Positions 22,345-24,000 of a DNA stretch of 24,000 bases are shown here, piece by piece (the stretch's first letter is position 1; the number at the start of each line of letters is the position of its first letter). The position numbers and the translations under genes were made by a program. The notes under the pieces were generated by a model that did no database searches, was not told where the DNA came from, and saw nothing but the letters and a program-made list of their open reading frames with translations. Source of the stretch: Klebsiella phage JY1; sequence record OP734280.1. One strand, written 5' to 3'.

Positions 22345-23509
22345 TCATGAAGTTCTCTAATTCATCTTCAACTTCAGCAGCTGATACTGAACCACTCTCA
22401 GGGAGTTTAACACCATCAACCTTAGTTGAAACTTTCGAGTTAATCATTTCTGCTACCGCTTCATCAACCGCAGCGTTTGAATCAATAGCACCCAACTGAT
22501 AGCGAGCTTTGATAGCGTCACGGAATGGCTCATGCTTAAACAGAGGACCCCAAAATTCCGTACTGCTCGTATCTTTTGCCCGCCAGGATTTTTCTTCACG
22601 AATCATCTCACCGGTTTCAACGTCCAGGAATTCTCGTGCGTACCATCCATTTTTCGGTTTAACAACAAATCCGATATCCAGAGCCATATCAAGCAGACCA
22701 CTGTACGGATCGATACCACCATCGAATTTAACATCAATGAAGAACTTACTTTTCTCTTTGACAGTACGTGATTTCTCGGCGTTCAGGACAAACTGATACC
22801 CCTCAAGCTCAGTACCATCTTTAATTTGGCGTTTACCGATGATGAACACAGTATCCGCAGAATACATAGGACCTGTACCACCGGTCATTACCGTCTTACT
22901 GAACATCTCGATGGTCTCGATTGTGTGGTTAACCGCAACGCAAGGAATGTTCTTAATAGAGAAGTAAGGAGTTACGATACGGAAGAGAGACTTCAGACTT
23001 TTAGCACGAGTCATATCTGCGACAGATTTCTCGTTCAGTGCATCTTCGGTTTCCTTTTTAGACGCCATGTTACCAATAGAGTCGATAAACACGATGACTT
23101 TTTCACCACGCTCAATAGCTTCAAGCTGGTTAACCATATCGATTTTTAATTGTTCAACCGACTGAACCGGTGTATGAATTACACGGTCAGGGTCAACACC
23201 CATAGATTTCAGATAAGCTGGCGTGATACCAAACTCTGAATCGTAGAACAAGCAGACCGCATCAGGATACTTATTAAGATAAGCACTAACCATTGTCAGA
23301 GACATGTTAGATTTGAAGTGTTTAGATGGACCTGCGAAGATAGTCAAACCAGACTGCATACCGCCATCCAACGCTCCGCTGATCGCAATATTGAGCATCG
23401 GAATTTTAGTTCTAACTACATCTTTCTCGTTAAAGAATTTTGATTTAGTCAGTTCTGCTGTCATTTTAGAAGTGGATGCTTTAATCAGGCGAGATTTTAA
23501 GTCAGACAT
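22334..23509 (-). CDS. uvsX: UvsX RecA-like recombinase
   Basis: 391 aa; MSDLKSRLIKASTSKMTAELTKSKFFNEKDVVRTKIPMLNIA, GPSKHFKSN Walker A, GWYAREFLDVETGEMIREEKSWRAKDT. Confidence 0.98.
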   Translation of the reverse strand: MSDLKSRLIKASTSKMTAELTKSKFFNEKDVVRTKIPMLNIAISGALDGGMQSGLTIFAGPSKHFKSNMSLTMVSAYLNKYPDAVCLFYDSEFGITPAYLKSMGVDPDRVIHTPVQSVEQLKIDMVNQLEAIERGEKVIVFIDSIGNMASKKETEDALNEKSVADMTRAKSLKSLFRIVTPYFSIKNIPCVAVNHTIETIEMFSKTVMTGGTGPMYSADTVFIIGKRQIKDGTELEGYQFVLNAEKSRTVKEKSKFFIDVKFDGGIDPYSGLLDMALDIGFVVKPKNGWYAREFLDVETGEMIREEKSWRAKDTSSTEFWGPLFKHEPFRDAIKARYQLGAIDSNAAVDEAVAEMINSKVSTKVDGVKLPESGSVSAAEVEDELENFMNED

Positions 23510-23565
23510 TCATTATATTCCATAAGTCTCCATTATATTTTTCTCACAGGTTAAAGGATAGAGTA

Positions 23566-23592
23566 ATTATATTACTTTGTTCTTGAAGCTAT
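23566..23592 (-). promoter_or_regulatory. Candidate MotA-type middle promoter PuvsX
   Basis: Minus strand AATAGCTTCAAGAACAAAGTAATATAAT. Confidence 0.6.
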
Positions 23593-23813
23593 TAACAGAA
23601 GTTCCATTTCTTCTTGGTGTTATAAACCACTGTTTCCATATCTATTTCATAGTGTATTTTACATCCAACGCACATGCCATGCCACCAGCAATGCATTCCA
23701 TCTGAGCCAGTAGTTCCTTCATGAACAAACTCATCAGATTTACATACGAAGCATCTGAATTCTTCAGCCTTGAATATGTTACCAGCTACATCAGATTTAT
23801 CATAGATGTTCAT
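23592..23813 (-). CDS. Putative zinc-binding protein (73 aa)
   Basis: The track extends to 23843, but the ATG at 23813 has an AAGGACCTCTT SD. CFVCKSDEF...HCWWHGMCVGC gives paired CxxC motifs. Confidence 0.65.
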   Translation of the reverse strand: MNIYDKSDVAGNIFKAEEFRCFVCKSDEFVHEGTTGSDGMHCWWHGMCVGCKIHYEIDMETVVYNTKKKWNFC

Positions 23814-23839
23814 AAGAGGTCCTTGGAGGGCTTTCGCCC

Positions 23840-24000
23840 TCACAGATATGGTTCTACCTTACCAAACTCATGGAAGGCCTGAGATTTCACTCGAGTGTTA
23901 ATACACATACGAATTGATTTTAGTGGTTCGTCATCACCGAATAAACCACGCCTTTCACCGTCTTTAGATTTCCAACGGGCTTGATTTGGGAAAGCAGCAT
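23840..24000 (-). CDS. C-terminal fragment of a CDS entering from the right edge
   Basis: Open minus-strand frame ...AAFPNQARWKSKDGERRGLFGDDEPLKSIRMCINTRVKSQAFHEFGKVEPYL*. Confidence 0.65.
   Translation of the reverse strand, partial: AAFPNQARWKSKDGERRGLFGDDEPLKSIRMCINTRVKSQAFHEFGKVEPYL

Noticed and set aside
1-24000. CRISPR arrays, tRNA genes, homing introns, insertion sequences
   Set aside because: No regularly spaced repeats, cloverleaf-like sequences, transposase/integrase ORFs or interrupted core genes were found by reading; a tRNAscan-SE/Infernal run would be needed to exclude small RNAs rigorously.

Overview
This window is a conserved early-gene block of a T4-like myophage. Nearly everything is coded on the minus strand. 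From the protein sequences I recognise: topoisomerase medium subunit (gene 52), rIIB, rIIA, an uninterrupted gene 39/60 topoisomerase large subunit, dexA, dda, a ModA/ModB-type ADP-ribosyltransferase, soc, gene 56 dCTPase, primase 61, 61.1, sp (spackle), helicase 41, 40 and uvsX. Srd and Mrh are likely assignments based mainly on position and size. No tRNA, CRISPR array or intact mobile element was seen. The least ordinary parts are: (i) a compact, translationally coupled set of tiny membrane proteins around gene 52, most of them below the supplied ORF-track cutoff; (ii) a uniform family of minus-strand early promoters (GTTTAC-N18-TAYTAT), several with the -10 element inside an inverted repeat; (iii) a second promoter family with a TGCTATA/TGCTTAA box, resembling MotA-dependent middle promoters; (iv) a single plus-strand, holin-like small membrane ORF where T4 has dam; (v) a putative PD-(D/E)XK nuclease that overlaps a His/Cys-rich ORF beside rIIB; (vi) several regulatory hairpins and small ORFs. 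No completely new defence-type system can be demonstrated from this sequence alone. The candidates below are graded accordingly.
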